Below the pieces are notes generated by a model. It saw nothing but the letters and a program-made list of their open reading frames with translations. It had not been told where the DNA came from and made no database searches. The position numbers were made by a program, and so were the translations under genes. 64,000 nucleotides of DNA from an uncultured Candidatus Saccharibacteria bacterium. GTDB lineage: Bacteria; Patescibacteriota; Saccharimonadia; Saccharimonadales; Saccharimonadaceae. Positions 9,619-19,755 of this stretch are shown piece by piece; position 1 is the first letter of the stretch, and each line of letters begins with the position of its first letter. The stretch lies in the NCBI GenBank assembly GCA_938018005.1, contig CALIJG010000020.1:81063-145062 (forward strand), given 5' to 3'.

Positions 9619-11049
9619 ATGGCTACCAAACTTCCTACCGTTGCAATCATCGGGCGTGCCAATGCTGGCAAGAGCTCGCTGTTTAATCGTATGATGCGCT
9701 CGCAGCAGGCCATCGTGGCACGCGAGGCCGGTACGACGCGCGATCGGGTGGTGGGCAAGGCAGCCTACCATGGGCATGAGTTTTGGCTTGTCGATACAGC
9801 CGGCCTCAAGCCAGCAGAAGATGAGTTCGAGGCAAGTATTCAAGAGCAAATTACCGATGCATCCGATGCGGCCGACGTCATCCTCGTGGTCGTAGATAGC
9901 ACCGAATACCCCAGCGATGAAGACCGGCGCGTCGCCAAGACTGCCCTCAAGAGTCGCAAACCCGTCATTCTCATCGCCAACAAAACCGACCTGCGGGGCA
10001 GCTTGCCCACTAGTGAATTCCTCCGCCTTGGCATCAAGAGCATCATCCGCACCAGTGCCGAGCACAACAGTGGCATTAGCAATGCGCTGGATGAGATCTG
10101 TCAGCACATCCCAGAGAAGCGTCAAGCCGAGCCAAACGATGTACTCAAGATCGCTTTGATCGGCCGGCCAAACGTAGGCAAATCCAGCCTCTTCAACACA
10201 CTAGCGGGCAAGCAGCAAGCCATTGTGGCTGGAGTAGCGGGTACCACACGCGATGTCAATCGCATCCGCCTGCGCTACCAGGGGCAAGCCATCGAGCTGC
10301 TCGACACCGCCGGTATTCGCCGCCAAGGCAAGCAGGAGGTGGGCATCGAGAAGTTTAGCGTCTTGCGCACCCTGGCTGCCATTGAGGAGGCCGATATTTG
10401 CTTCCTCCTGATGGACGTGAATGAGCTCAACACCGCCCTGGACCAACGGCTTGCTGGCATCATTGCCGAGGCAGGCAAGGGCATGGCCATCGTCGTGAAC
10501 AAGTGGGACGCCGTGGAGGGCAAAGATGCCTACACGCGCGATGCACTCGCCCCGCAGATCTCCGCCCAGTTCGACTTCACGCCGTGGGCACCGCTCATCT
10601 TCACCAGTGCCGTTACGGGCCAGAATGTGACAAAATTATTCGACCTTGCCCTTGGCATCGCTGCCCATCGCCAGCAAAAGACCACCACGCGCACCCTCAA
10701 CGACCTCCTGCAGCGCTCTGTGCAGAAGCACCCACCAGCTGGTCTCAAGAATACCCACCCCAAGCTACGCTACATCGTCCAGACAGACACCAACCCGCCA
10801 TGGTTTGTCATCTATGGCAGCAACCTCAAGTTCGTCCACTGGAGCTATAAGCGCTACCTCGAGCGGCGCATCCGCGACACCTACGACTACACTGGTACTC
10901 CCATCAAACTCTCCTTCCGCGACGAGAAGCAACTCAAAGCCAACCGCGAGCGCGTCAAGCGTGGCCTCGAGCCTGTGACGAAAGCATATAAGCAGCGCAA
11001 GAACGCCGAAGGGCAAGGCACACAGGGCCCAGGCAAGAGCCGCTTGTAG
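9619..11049 (+). CDS. der: ribosome-biogenesis GTPase Der (EngA), tandem GTPase domains plus KH-like C-terminus
   Basis: Two P-loops (GRANAGKSSLFN and GRPNVGKSSLFN), DTAG motifs and NKxD motifs (ANKTD, VNKWD). A TATAAT lies just upstream. Confidence 0.9.
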   Translation: MATKLPTVAIIGRANAGKSSLFNRMMRSQQAIVAREAGTTRDRVVGKAAYHGHEFWLVDTAGLKPAEDEFEASIQEQITDASDAADVILVVVDSTEYPSDEDRRVAKTALKSRKPVILIANKTDLRGSLPTSEFLRLGIKSIIRTSAEHNSGISNALDEICQHIPEKRQAEPNDVLKIALIGRPNVGKSSLFNTLAGKQQAIVAGVAGTTRDVNRIRLRYQGQAIELLDTAGIRRQGKQEVGIEKFSVLRTLAAIEEADICFLLMDVNELNTALDQRLAGIIAEAGKGMAIVVNKWDAVEGKDAYTRDALAPQISAQFDFTPWAPLIFTSAVTGQNVTKLFDLALGIAAHRQQKTTTRTLNDLLQRSVQKHPPAGLKNTHPKLRYIVQTDTNPPWFVIYGSNLKFVHWSYKRYLERRIRDTYDYTGTPIKLSFRDEKQLKANRERVKRGLEPVTKAYKQRKNAEGQGTQGPGKSRL

Positions 11050-11242
11050 GTGCTTTGCTGACGCTTGCAGGACAACTATCTCAGATTATTTTATGGCATA
11101 ATTAGTAGAATATATCTCGTTCTCTTCCTGTTGGTGCATAGCCCTGACCATGTTCGCCTATTTTCGAACAAAATCGTTGTAGAATAGACAGCACTTACCA
11201 CTGTTATTTTACCGTATTATTGCAATATATCATAACAAGTAT

Positions 11243-11266
11243 TGATATATATATATATATATATAT
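11243..11266. repeat. (TA)12 dinucleotide microsatellite in an AT-rich promoter region
   Basis: tatatatatatatatatatatata tract about 75 bp upstream of the 11339 gene. Confidence 0.8.
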
Positions 11267-11338
11267 CAGCTACAATCAAATCGTCATGTTGGTTGAGCCC
11301 AAAAATCTTGGGCTCCCGGAATCCTAGAGGAGGATAAC

Positions 11339-11677
11339 ATGAAGTTCCGGAAGATCGCGTCCTTGGGTGCTACCGCTGCGTTGGCGGTGGGCGGGTTCGT
11401 TTTGAGCTCGCCGGCGAACGCCGCTGACGGCGAGTGGCCGGCGGATATTGAGGAGGCTTGCCGCCTGCAGGGGCACTCCGGTGTCTACAACTTCTTCGGC
11501 GAGCCGTACACATGGACGTGTTACGACATGTCGTACACGTTCCCGTTCGGTGTGTCGTTTGGGTCGGCTGGTAGTGTCGACATCCAGGGCTACTGCAACC
11601 GATTCTACCCCGGTTCCAAGGCCGAGGTAACGAACGCCGCGCTCGCTGAGGGCTGGTCCTGCCTGAAGCTGGACTAG
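11339..11677 (+). CDS. small secreted Cys-containing protein (signal peptide)
   Basis: Strong RBS GGAGGATAAC precedes the ATG. Signal peptide MKFRKIASLGATAALAVGGFVLSSPANA is followed by a mature domain with 6 Cys. Confidence 0.6.
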   Translation: MKFRKIASLGATAALAVGGFVLSSPANAADGEWPADIEEACRLQGHSGVYNFFGEPYTWTCYDMSYTFPFGVSFGSAGSVDIQGYCNRFYPGSKAEVTNAALAEGWSCLKLD

Positions 11678-11686
11678 CCACCGGAA

Positions 11687-11728
11687 CGCCCACCCAGCCT
11701 TATGTTACACAATAAGGCTGGGTGGGCA
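11687..11728 (+). terminator. long perfect stem-loop immediately 3' of the secreted-protein gene
   Basis: CCCACCCAGCCTTA-tgttacacaa-TAAGGCTGGGTGGG, a 14-bp perfect stem. No clean U-tract, so it may be a terminator or an mRNA stabiliser. Confidence 0.45.
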
Positions 11729-11769
11729 AACAACATTCAGTAATAACTAATAACATAAGGAGTTGTACC

Positions 11770-11976
11770 ATGACTCATATACCAGCTTATTTTGCTTTGT
11801 TGATTCGCGCGCCCGAGGCAAATACGCTTTTTTGGTCGGCCATCGCCTTTCATGTTGTGCTATTTGTGGTGGCTATTTGGCTACTTGTTTGGTTCGTCCG
11901 GCGAGTCAATCAGATGAGCCAATCGCTCACATCGATCGATGAGAAGCTAAGCGAATTCCTTGATAAGAGTCGGTAG
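11770..11976 (+). CDS. small membrane protein
   Basis: RBS AAGGAG lies 7 nt before the ATG. One long hydrophobic helix (AIAFHVVLFVVAIWLLVWFV). Confidence 0.45.
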   Translation: MTHIPAYFALLIRAPEANTLFWSAIAFHVVLFVVAIWLLVWFVRRVNQMSQSLTSIDEKLSEFLDKSR

Positions 11977-12350
11977 TGTGGCTTCTAGCGGCCTATGCGT
12001 CCAAGCAATCCAGGTCGACGAATACTCCTCGCTTAAGGAAAGGCTAAGAAATTGCAAGACCCATAATATCACACCCATCTACCTCTGTTTTTGCGTACAA
12101 CAAAGTAGGGGTAGGTGGGTTTTATTATGACATAGATCTATCTTTCGATACTGCTTCTTGCCATATCACCCTCCTCTGATGTATATAAGACTCAATACCA
12201 ACCTCTCGTACTGGCGCTACAGAGAAGGGAGAATGACGCAAAAGAGAAAAAATTTTTATATCCAAGCCAATAATAATCAACCCTCATTCTCTGCAATAGA
12301 TCCTACCAGTGGAGTTAGTGGATAAGCCCAAGAGACTCCTCAGACCTACC

Positions 12351-13319
12351 TTACCCAAACATCATCAGCTGCGCCACCAGCCCATCGCGGGTGATGCTGC
12401 TAGCGTGGGTGCCAATGCAAACCAGCTTGGGCGCTTCGCCAGGCTGGCCAGTGGTGATCTGAATTTGTTCGGGCGTAGCCTCAACGTGCCGGCGCGTACC
12501 ATGCTCATCAATAAAGCACCCCTTGAGCCGACGTAGCCCATACGTCGCAAAGAGCTCAAGCCACAGCGTCTCAAAGGCTGCCTCGGTAGCAGTGAGCTGC
12601 GACATATCGATGACGCTATAGGTCGGGTTATCTGGCACGGCAAGCTCGCCATCATAGGTGTCGAAGAAGGTGAGCAGGCTCGATGGCGTTGTGATCTTAC
12701 TGAGGTCAAAGCGCCCATGCGGCGCAGACAACACCCGCGCGTAGGGCAGGGCGCGGCGCTTGGCATCATAAATGGTGCGATCATCGCCGCGCAGGAGATC
12801 TTCTTTGGTAATAAGGATTGTATCGGCGGCTTGCAGCTCCACCTCGTGGGCTGGCTCAATACCGTGCAAAATCTCGTGCGCCGTGATGACATAATAGCTC
12901 TGCAGCAGCTCGTATTTGTCGAAGATCCGGGCATTGATAAGCTTCTCTACCAAGTTCATCGTCCGTGCTACCCCTGTTGCCTCGATAAAAACTGGGGCAG
13001 GGGACGACTGGCAAAAATCCAGCAGCATGCGCGTCAAGGCATGCTTGGACGAGCAGCACACGCAGTCGCCCGCCAGCGTCGTTACAAGTTCCGCCAGGCC
13101 TTCTAGCCGGTAGCCATCGACATTCTCGTTGGCATATTCATTCTCAATCACGCGCGAGCCAGCAAACTCCGGCTGGCGCAAAAGATACTCCAGCACGCTT
13201 GTCTTGCCTGCCCCGAGCGAGCCATTGATGAGGTAGAGCGGCACCAAGCCAGGCTGAGTGCGCTGCTCATCGAAGGCGGCATTGAGGCTAAATTCAAGAT
13301 CATTATCGCGCTGGGCCAT
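12351..13319 (-). CDS. CobW/COG0523-family (G3E) metallochaperone GTPase
   Basis: P-loop GSLGAGKTS, the family CxCC motif (GDCVCCS) and a CobW-like C-terminal domain. Start assigned at MAQRDND (13319); the longer ORF reaches 13394. Confidence 0.7.
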   Translation of the reverse strand: MAQRDNDLEFSLNAAFDEQRTQPGLVPLYLINGSLGAGKTSVLEYLLRQPEFAGSRVIENEYANENVDGYRLEGLAELVTTLAGDCVCCSSKHALTRMLLDFCQSSPAPVFIEATGVARTMNLVEKLINARIFDKYELLQSYYVITAHEILHGIEPAHEVELQAADTILITKEDLLRGDDRTIYDAKRRALPYARVLSAPHGRFDLSKITTPSSLLTFFDTYDGELAVPDNPTYSVIDMSQLTATEAAFETLWLELFATYGLRRLKGCFIDEHGTRRHVEATPEQIQITTGQPGEAPKLVCIGTHASSITRDGLVAQLMMFG

Positions 13320-13368
13320 GAGTTTAGTATAGCATGGCTCAGTATCCATCCATGTTATACTAATACGT

Positions 13369-13941
13369 ATGAAATTACTCTTCGCTCTCGGCAACCCTGG
13401 CCCGCGCTATGCCGCCACCCGGCACAACGCTGGTTTCATCATCCTCGACGCTTATGCAGCAGAGCAGGGAGTGCAGTTTGCCCCGAAGAGTCGATTTAAT
13501 GCTGAGCTGGCCGAGTTTTCGCGAGGCGGTGAGAAGGTCATCCTCGCCAAACCGACCACATTTTATAACGAAACAGGGGTCGCAGCGCGGGCAATTATGG
13601 ATTTTTATAAATTATCACTCGACGATGTGCTCGTTATTCACGATGATGTGGCCCTCGATTTTGGCAAAATTCGCGTTAGGCGAGGCGGCGAGAGCGCAGG
13701 CAACAATGGGCTTAAATCGCTCCACCGGCATATTGGGCAGAACTTTTGGCACATTCGCCTTGGCACAGACAATAAAATGCGGCAGCAAGTCGGTGATGTT
13801 GACTTCGTCTTGAGTAACTTCACCTCAGATGAGCGAGCCATTTTGCAACAGTGGGCAGCCGAGCAGTCAGCCTCTCTTATTGCGCAATTCCTTGCGGGGG
13901 ACATAACAGCGACGAGTGTGACGTACCAGCCGTCGGTATAG
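13369..13941 (+). CDS. pth: peptidyl-tRNA hydrolase
   Basis: MKLLFALGNPGPRYAATRHNAGF...VIHDD matches the Pth signature. Confidence 0.9.
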   Translation: MKLLFALGNPGPRYAATRHNAGFIILDAYAAEQGVQFAPKSRFNAELAEFSRGGEKVILAKPTTFYNETGVAARAIMDFYKLSLDDVLVIHDDVALDFGKIRVRRGGESAGNNGLKSLHRHIGQNFWHIRLGTDNKMRQQVGDVDFVLSNFTSDERAILQQWAAEQSASLIAQFLAGDITATSVTYQPSV

Positions 13942-14133
13942 TACATTATTTCGAGCGTATTTTATCTCTCGACGATATGTCTCAGTGGTGAGTTTGTTGC
14001 TTTTGTTTATAGCAACATCTCGTACTTTATCTACCCAAAACATGCGAACTAGCAACTCATTTCAATCCTTGCAAGAAAATTGACAACAGAGAAGAAGAGG
14101 TTAGTACCAAGAAGGTAGAATTTTTATTTTTAG

Positions 14134-15252
14134 CTATTCTACCCGCTTCACAATCTTCTTCACTTCACGCTTGAGGCGCTGCTCGGCGTGGTAGACGGTG
14201 TTTGTGGTTGCAGCCTGGAGGTTAATGGCGCGGGCCTCGAGGATGCTACTGCCGACTGCCAAGCTAATAAAAACAAGGCCCAGCCCACCAGTCGCCCATT
14301 CAGGCAGCTCCACGTGGAAGAGTTTAGCGATCATCATCACACCCAGCGCCATAATGGCCCAGTGCGCACCATTCTCAAGATACTTATATTTACCCAGTGC
14401 ACCAGTCCGTAGTAGATAGACCGTGAGTGAGCGCACCCAGATGGCACCCGCCCCGAGGCCTGCCACAATCAAGACAATACTACTGGTGATAGCAAATGCA
14501 CCAATCACCCCATCAAAACTAAAGCTCGCGTCCAACACCTCCAGGTACATCAGGCTAGCAAAGGCCGCCCAGCCTGTTTTTGCCTTGAGAGACTGCGCCG
14601 TATCGTCATGAAAGAACGAGCCAAAGAGCTCAAGCCCTATATGCAACAAAATCCCCAGAATAGACGAGATCAGCACTACCGACTCATACTGCCGCTCCAC
14701 CGTGAAGTACAGCACCGCTGCCACCGCCAGCATCACACATATTTTGAGGTTCTCGAAGCGCCCCGCCTTGGCTAGCCATGGCTCAACGTGCCGCATCCAG
14801 TGCACCCGCTTGTTGTAGTCCATAAAGTAACTTAGGCCAATCATAATCAAAAACGCCCCACCAAAGGCATCGATCATTGGCGACGCAGCGTGGAGAATGT
14901 GCCCATACTCTGCTGGCTTATGGAGCGCGAGATCGACTACTGTTGAGAAATCGTGCCCGCTTGCCACCATCACAATGACGATCGGCAAGATAAACCGCAC
15001 CACAAACACTGCAATAAAGATCCCCACCGTCAGGAAAATCTTTTGCCACAGTGGGCTCAGGCTCGCCAAGACGCGGCTATTAATGACGGCATTATCGAAG
15101 CTAAAGGTCACCTCTAGCAGTACCAGGATGGTAAACAGCCACAAGCCGCTCACCCCCAAATGGCCAAAAATCGCCCCGCCCAGCAGCACCGTCAGCAGCG
15201 CCGAAAACCAAAAAATACGAAAAGGGTGATGAGAATGCCAGAGATGTTTCAT
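14134..15252 (-). CDS. TerC/DUF475-family integral membrane protein
   Basis: Many TM helices and a duplicated ExxFSFDN-type motif (LEVTFSFDNAV and LEVLDASFSFDGV). Confidence 0.55.
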   Translation of the reverse strand: MKHLWHSHHPFRIFWFSALLTVLLGGAIFGHLGVSGLWLFTILVLLEVTFSFDNAVINSRVLASLSPLWQKIFLTVGIFIAVFVVRFILPIVIVMVASGHDFSTVVDLALHKPAEYGHILHAASPMIDAFGGAFLIMIGLSYFMDYNKRVHWMRHVEPWLAKAGRFENLKICVMLAVAAVLYFTVERQYESVVLISSILGILLHIGLELFGSFFHDDTAQSLKAKTGWAAFASLMYLEVLDASFSFDGVIGAFAITSSIVLIVAGLGAGAIWVRSLTVYLLRTGALGKYKYLENGAHWAIMALGVMMIAKLFHVELPEWATGGLGLVFISLAVGSSILEARAINLQAATTNTVYHAEQRLKREVKKIVKRVE

Positions 15253-15283
15253 AGTGATTTAGTATAGCACATGCATCAATGTA

Positions 15284-16492
15284 TCAGGAAGGCTGTACCA
15301 TGTCTGCGGCGAATGTCACAGCTCGCCACAGTGGTTGCTGCTTATCCATTGCAGCAAGTGGCCCCATCATCTCACTCACACTCCCAAGATATGTCAGACG
15401 CGGCTTGTATGTCGCTGTCTCTTTCTCATCAGCAATAATACCATAGCTCTTCAGGGTATCTGTATCAGCCACGACTGTATTACTTGCCTGCGTCACGCCA
15501 ACGATCTTAACCTCAATCCCTGTTGCTGTCTCGACTTGTGCCACGACAATACCACCAGACATACCAGGCAAGACAGAATCCTCGCGCGCAGGATCATACG
15601 GTTCGTTCTCATCCACTGCTTCCTCTATTCCCGCCATCACAGTTATTTTGCCCTCAAGGCCATCTTGCGCTACTGGGAGGAGGACGTTGAGGTGTGGCTG
15701 ATTAGCTGGCCAGCGTGTAACCTGCGCTGGGCTGCTATTATTGCTATTGACAGGGAAGCCAAGCGCATACATTGGTTGGCCTTGTTGTATAATTGCCTTT
15801 GTTTCATCGGGAGTAGCAAATTGCAGGACAGGAGCAGGCGTATAATTCTGGTGACGCAATGTTAATGCCGCAACATCGGGCACTGTTGGTCTGTGGGGCC
15901 CGTCTGCTTTGCCAGTATAGCAACCACTCTGGACGGCATAGCGATGGCCATTGGTCGTTTCTACTGCGATATTACCTCTCTGGCGCTCAGACGACACAAC
16001 ATGCCCAGCCGTCAGCACCGCAGACCAACCACCCGGCGTTTCAACAATAAACCCACTTCCACCATAGTCTCCACCAGAGTCTGTCGCTTCACTGCCATAG
16101 ACATTAATCTTAACGACCGAAGGCTGCACCGCCTGCAACACTTCTTGCTTATGCCGCTCGAGGGCTGTACGATCACCAAGCGCCTCAGCAATCGCGATTG
16201 AGGGGCGGCGTGCAATCTCTGTTGGCTGCCCCAGATGCGGCTTCAGCATTGACTCATCCAGTGTCGTACAGGCTGGCAATGGCTCCTTCGCCTGAAGTGC
16301 CTCGAGTCGAGCACCTACGAATGACCACGTTCCCGCAAGCGTAGCGCCAAGCATCGCACACGATGCTCGCCAACCAATCGCTCGCCACAATCGCTGACGT
16401 CGCTCTGCCCGCTCTTGTTGTTGCCGCTCCATCCGCGTTTTTGGCTGAGAATGCGAACCAAAACTATGTTCTCGAACTGCCATTTCTGTCAT
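15284..16492 (-). CDS. membrane-anchored trypsin-like (S1 family) serine peptidase
   Basis: N-terminal TM (AMLGATLAGTW). His motif GGSGFIV...LTAGHVV. Ser motif GMSGGIVV. Confidence 0.65.
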   Translation of the reverse strand: MTEMAVREHSFGSHSQPKTRMERQQQERAERRQRLWRAIGWRASCAMLGATLAGTWSFVGARLEALQAKEPLPACTTLDESMLKPHLGQPTEIARRPSIAIAEALGDRTALERHKQEVLQAVQPSVVKINVYGSEATDSGGDYGGSGFIVETPGGWSAVLTAGHVVSSERQRGNIAVETTNGHRYAVQSGCYTGKADGPHRPTVPDVAALTLRHQNYTPAPVLQFATPDETKAIIQQGQPMYALGFPVNSNNSSPAQVTRWPANQPHLNVLLPVAQDGLEGKITVMAGIEEAVDENEPYDPAREDSVLPGMSGGIVVAQVETATGIEVKIVGVTQASNTVVADTDTLKSYGIIADEKETATYKPRLTYLGSVSEMMGPLAAMDKQQPLWRAVTFAADMVQPS

Positions 16493-16595
16493 GGTTTGGC
16501 CATTATAGCGCTTTGCGGGGCTAAATACAAATTTATAATAGTAGTTGACAGAGAAGAAACAGAGAACGCATTACCTCTGCACGTAGTATGGATAT

Positions 16596-17939
16596 TTGTC
16601 ATACAATACAAAATGTACTACTATAATAATTATTATGGTCAAGAAGAATTGCGAACCACTACCAGCCCCAGAAGAACAACCATCGCCAGATGAACAGCAG
16701 TCTCGTCGCCTAAAACGCGGGGCTGTAATTGCTAGTGTTGCACTGACAACTCCTCTGGTGTTATACGGTGCCTACAATAGTCTCCCAGATTTCTACCCAG
16801 GCAACGACCCACTACCGGCCTGCAGCGACACCGAGCTAGACGACAGCGTCGACCTTGGCCACGACAAACCAGCCGTCGACCATACACGCACACTGAGCGA
16901 CCTTCCGTTCAGTTCTCAAGATGAGGCGTGGGAGCATGCCTTCCGTGATAGTGGCATTGATGTAAATGGCTATTCTGAGGGCGCACCGGCTCTTACTGCT
17001 ACTAAGGTGAAGATATCAGGAGGGGAGACAGATGTACTCTATTCTGGCGTTATAACCTACTCTGCAAACGATCGTGAGCAGGGCCACCCCATTATTCTCA
17101 CCGTCGTCAATACAGAGGATCTCGAGAATCTCACCCCGGATAATATTGGCATTATTACGATAGGCTCCAATGAGTCAGAATTTCATCCCAATGGTGGCTG
17201 CACCATGCCGATGCCTGGCCCTTATGATACCTCTCACAAGCATATTGTCGCTCTGACTCTTGCTGAAAAAAATGAGAACCACGCCTATCGCCGAACCAGC
17301 CGCCAGATGTCGCTCGAAGTGAAAAATGGCGTCATTACGACAATTGCTCAAGACGACCTCCTCGAGCAGCCACTCACTGTTGTAAATTATGGTAGCCAAG
17401 GTAATGAGCGCAAGATTGGCAAACCAGTCGTTGCATCTGGTTTTGTCGTTGGGTATAACGATGCTGCCCATACTAAGACACTACTCGTCTCATCAGAAGA
17501 CGGCTTTGATGACCGCACAGGGCAGGGCTCGCCACTCTTTGTGCAGAGTAACCCAGATAACCCATATGAATTCCAGCTAGGCGGTCTCGTCGTGGAAGGT
17601 AGTGTAGCCAGCCCATCGTCGCAACAGCTAAAGCATTACAACCTTGATATTACTGATGAAGAGATTGAAGAGTATGGTCTCCAGCTCATCACTGTCACTG
17701 ACTCAGCAATCACTAAAGACCTTGTTACCAACCCAGATGTCACAGAGAAGGCCGCTCAAGACGAAGCACAGCAGAGCACAGCCTCAAACACCAGTAGAAG
17801 CAATCTATATGCATCTGACAAGCCACGCCCATACTGGGAAGAGCCAGAAAACCAGGCTCATAGCATCCCCAAGTACTATGTTGATCCAAACGCTACTTCA
17901 GACAAGCAGCCAACACGTAGCGACACAGCTCAGCTCTAG
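16596..17939 (+). CDS. hypothetical secreted/membrane-anchored protein
   Basis: 447-aa ORF with an N-terminal hydrophobic anchor (AVIASVALTTPLVLYGAY), divergent from the S1 peptidase gene. It carries a degenerate GxSGSPLF-like segment (TGQGSPLFV) but no clear catalytic triad. Confidence 0.5.
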   Translation: MSYNTKCTTIIIIMVKKNCEPLPAPEEQPSPDEQQSRRLKRGAVIASVALTTPLVLYGAYNSLPDFYPGNDPLPACSDTELDDSVDLGHDKPAVDHTRTLSDLPFSSQDEAWEHAFRDSGIDVNGYSEGAPALTATKVKISGGETDVLYSGVITYSANDREQGHPIILTVVNTEDLENLTPDNIGIITIGSNESEFHPNGGCTMPMPGPYDTSHKHIVALTLAEKNENHAYRRTSRQMSLEVKNGVITTIAQDDLLEQPLTVVNYGSQGNERKIGKPVVASGFVVGYNDAAHTKTLLVSSEDGFDDRTGQGSPLFVQSNPDNPYEFQLGGLVVEGSVASPSSQQLKHYNLDITDEEIEEYGLQLITVTDSAITKDLVTNPDVTEKAAQDEAQQSTASNTSRSNLYASDKPRPYWEEPENQAHSIPKYYVDPNATSDKQPTRSDTAQL

Positions 17940-18514
17940 TACTCACTAGCGTATAACAGTGATTTCTTGCATATCTCTCACTTGAATAAATAATAAGTTC
18001 ACTGCTTCATAACAGAGGAAAACATGGTGAAAAGTATTGTTCAGCCATAGGTTTTATGCGTGCTGGGCTATATAGGTATGCCTGGTGTAAGCGTGTGTCA
18101 ATCACATAGCGTTTCAGCTTGCACCTCTACTTGTGTGTGCCGCGCACACACGTGCGCCCATCGCAAGCCACGATGTTGCTATAGCAACTATACTTCTCGA
18201 TGCTCGTTTTTCTCATTGAGAAGTATGTAGTTGAGGGTGAAAAATTATCAACACACAAGGTATTGTATACTGCGCCAGAGAGCGTAGCAGCGCGGAGAAA
18301 GCCTTTTTATCAAACCTTACATGCAAGCCTCTCAGTCCCTATAGTAAGTTCTACAAGCAGGGCAAATCCGCCAGGATCGTGGCTACTACCAGAGATAATA
18401 GCTATCTTTGCCTTGGTAGCGCATGTCACAAACCAGAGCAATTCACAGCACCTTCGCGCACCAAAGTAAATCAGCTCAGAATAATTTCTAAGCAAGACTC
18501 TCACTGTTAGCTAC

Positions 18515-18800
18515 TCCAACAAAAAAGCGCTCATAGTAAGGGTGGGCATCACTATGAGCGCTTGGTTTGCCCTTCGTCCCACCCAATCAGGGTATACGTG
18601 ATCTACTCACACATACGAGATCCGCTGGACAAAGGGGTTAGTAAGCACACAACCCTGTCTAACGGTGCTGCAGTGGAGGGTAGATAACTACAGCACAGAT
18701 TGTGTGCAACCTAACACGTTACCTTCGTGAAAACACTGGGGTAACTATGTTAAAATAGGGGGTATAAGGTACTTGAACGAGCTTGCGCTCAATCAATCAC
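18515..18800 (-). ncRNA. candidate small RNA ending at a strong intrinsic terminator (function unknown)
   Basis: On the minus strand an 11-bp perfect stem (GCGCTCATAGT...ACTATGAGCGC) is followed by TTTTTTGTTGG at 18515-18562. Upstream lie several further hairpins in an ORF-free 900-bp tract. No match to tmRNA, RNase P or SRP signatures that I can see. Confidence 0.25.
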
Positions 18801-18852
18801 TTATGATACTAGCACCCGCTTGACAAAATGTCAACACTTTTCAGCACAAATC

Positions 18853-19731
18853 ATGCAACAGATCAATCACACCACACCACAAGCTCACCAATACCTCAAT
18901 CCACTCTGCCATATTGCCAAGCCACCGCAGCAGATTCACTACCTCGGTACACTACCCGAGGAACGCCGCCCGAGCGTGGCGATCGTTGGGTCGCGCCGGC
19001 CCACGCGCTATGGCCGGGAAGTGACGGAGCAATTTGCCCGCGAGCTAACCCGCCAAGGGGTGATCATCATCAGTGGGCTCGCCCTTGGGATTGACAGCAT
19101 TGCACACCAGGCCTGCGTGGCAGTGGGTGGCACGACGATCGCTGTGCTGGGCAATGGCCTGCCACGGATCTATCCGGCCAATCATACTGCACTTGCAGGT
19201 GATATCGTTGCCAAGGGTGGGGCAGTGGTCTCGGAGCACTTGGCAGGGGATGGCTACCGCTTTGGCAGCTGGAGCTTCCTCGAGCGCAACCGCCTCGTCG
19301 CTGGCCTGGCCGATGTCGTTGTTATTACCGAGGCGGCCGAGCGCAGCGGCACGCTCAACACTGCTGCCCATGCACTCGAGCAAGGCAAGGACGTCTTTGC
19401 GGTGCCAGGCAACATCACCAGCCCACTCTCGCAGGGCTGCAATAACCTCCTCAAGCAAGGCGCTTTGCCCGCCACCAGCCCAGCCGACATCCTCGCTGTT
19501 ATGACCATCACACCACCCCAGCGCCAGCAGAGCGAGAATGCCACCCTACCACTGGGTAGTACACCGCTCGAGGCTGCCATCATCAAGCTGCTGCGCCAAG
19601 GCCTGCGCGACGGCGAAGAAATGCAGCGCCGCCTAGGCACACCCATCAGTGAGTTTACTATTGCACTGACAATGCTAGAGATCAATGGCGTTATCCGCTC
19701 ACTCGGTGCCAACCAGTGGACATTGGCTTAG
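18853..19731 (+). CDS. dprA: DNA-processing protein DprA (Smf)
   Basis: VAIVGSRRPTRYGREVTEQFAREL...GVIIISGLALGIDSIAHQACV...TIAVLGNGLPRIYPANH is a DprA Rossmann-fold signature. The upstream in-frame ATG 18820 sits inside a TTGACA-containing palindrome. Confidence 0.8.
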   Translation: MQQINHTTPQAHQYLNPLCHIAKPPQQIHYLGTLPEERRPSVAIVGSRRPTRYGREVTEQFARELTRQGVIIISGLALGIDSIAHQACVAVGGTTIAVLGNGLPRIYPANHTALAGDIVAKGGAVVSEHLAGDGYRFGSWSFLERNRLVAGLADVVVITEAAERSGTLNTAAHALEQGKDVFAVPGNITSPLSQGCNNLLKQGALPATSPADILAVMTITPPQRQQSENATLPLGSTPLEAAIIKLLRQGLRDGEEMQRRLGTPISEFTIALTMLEINGVIRSLGANQWTLA

Positions 19732-19755
19732 TATTATGGTACAGTACCATATACT

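Noticed and set aside
17940-18852. tmRNA, RNase P RNA or SRP RNA in the large intergenic region
   Set aside because: I could not find the conserved P4 (AGGAAAGUCCGGGCUCC), the SRP domain IV (GGUCAGGUCCGGAAGGAAGCAGC), or the tmRNA tRNA-like 3' end (…UCCACCA) on either strand. The region is kept only as an unclassified sRNA candidate.
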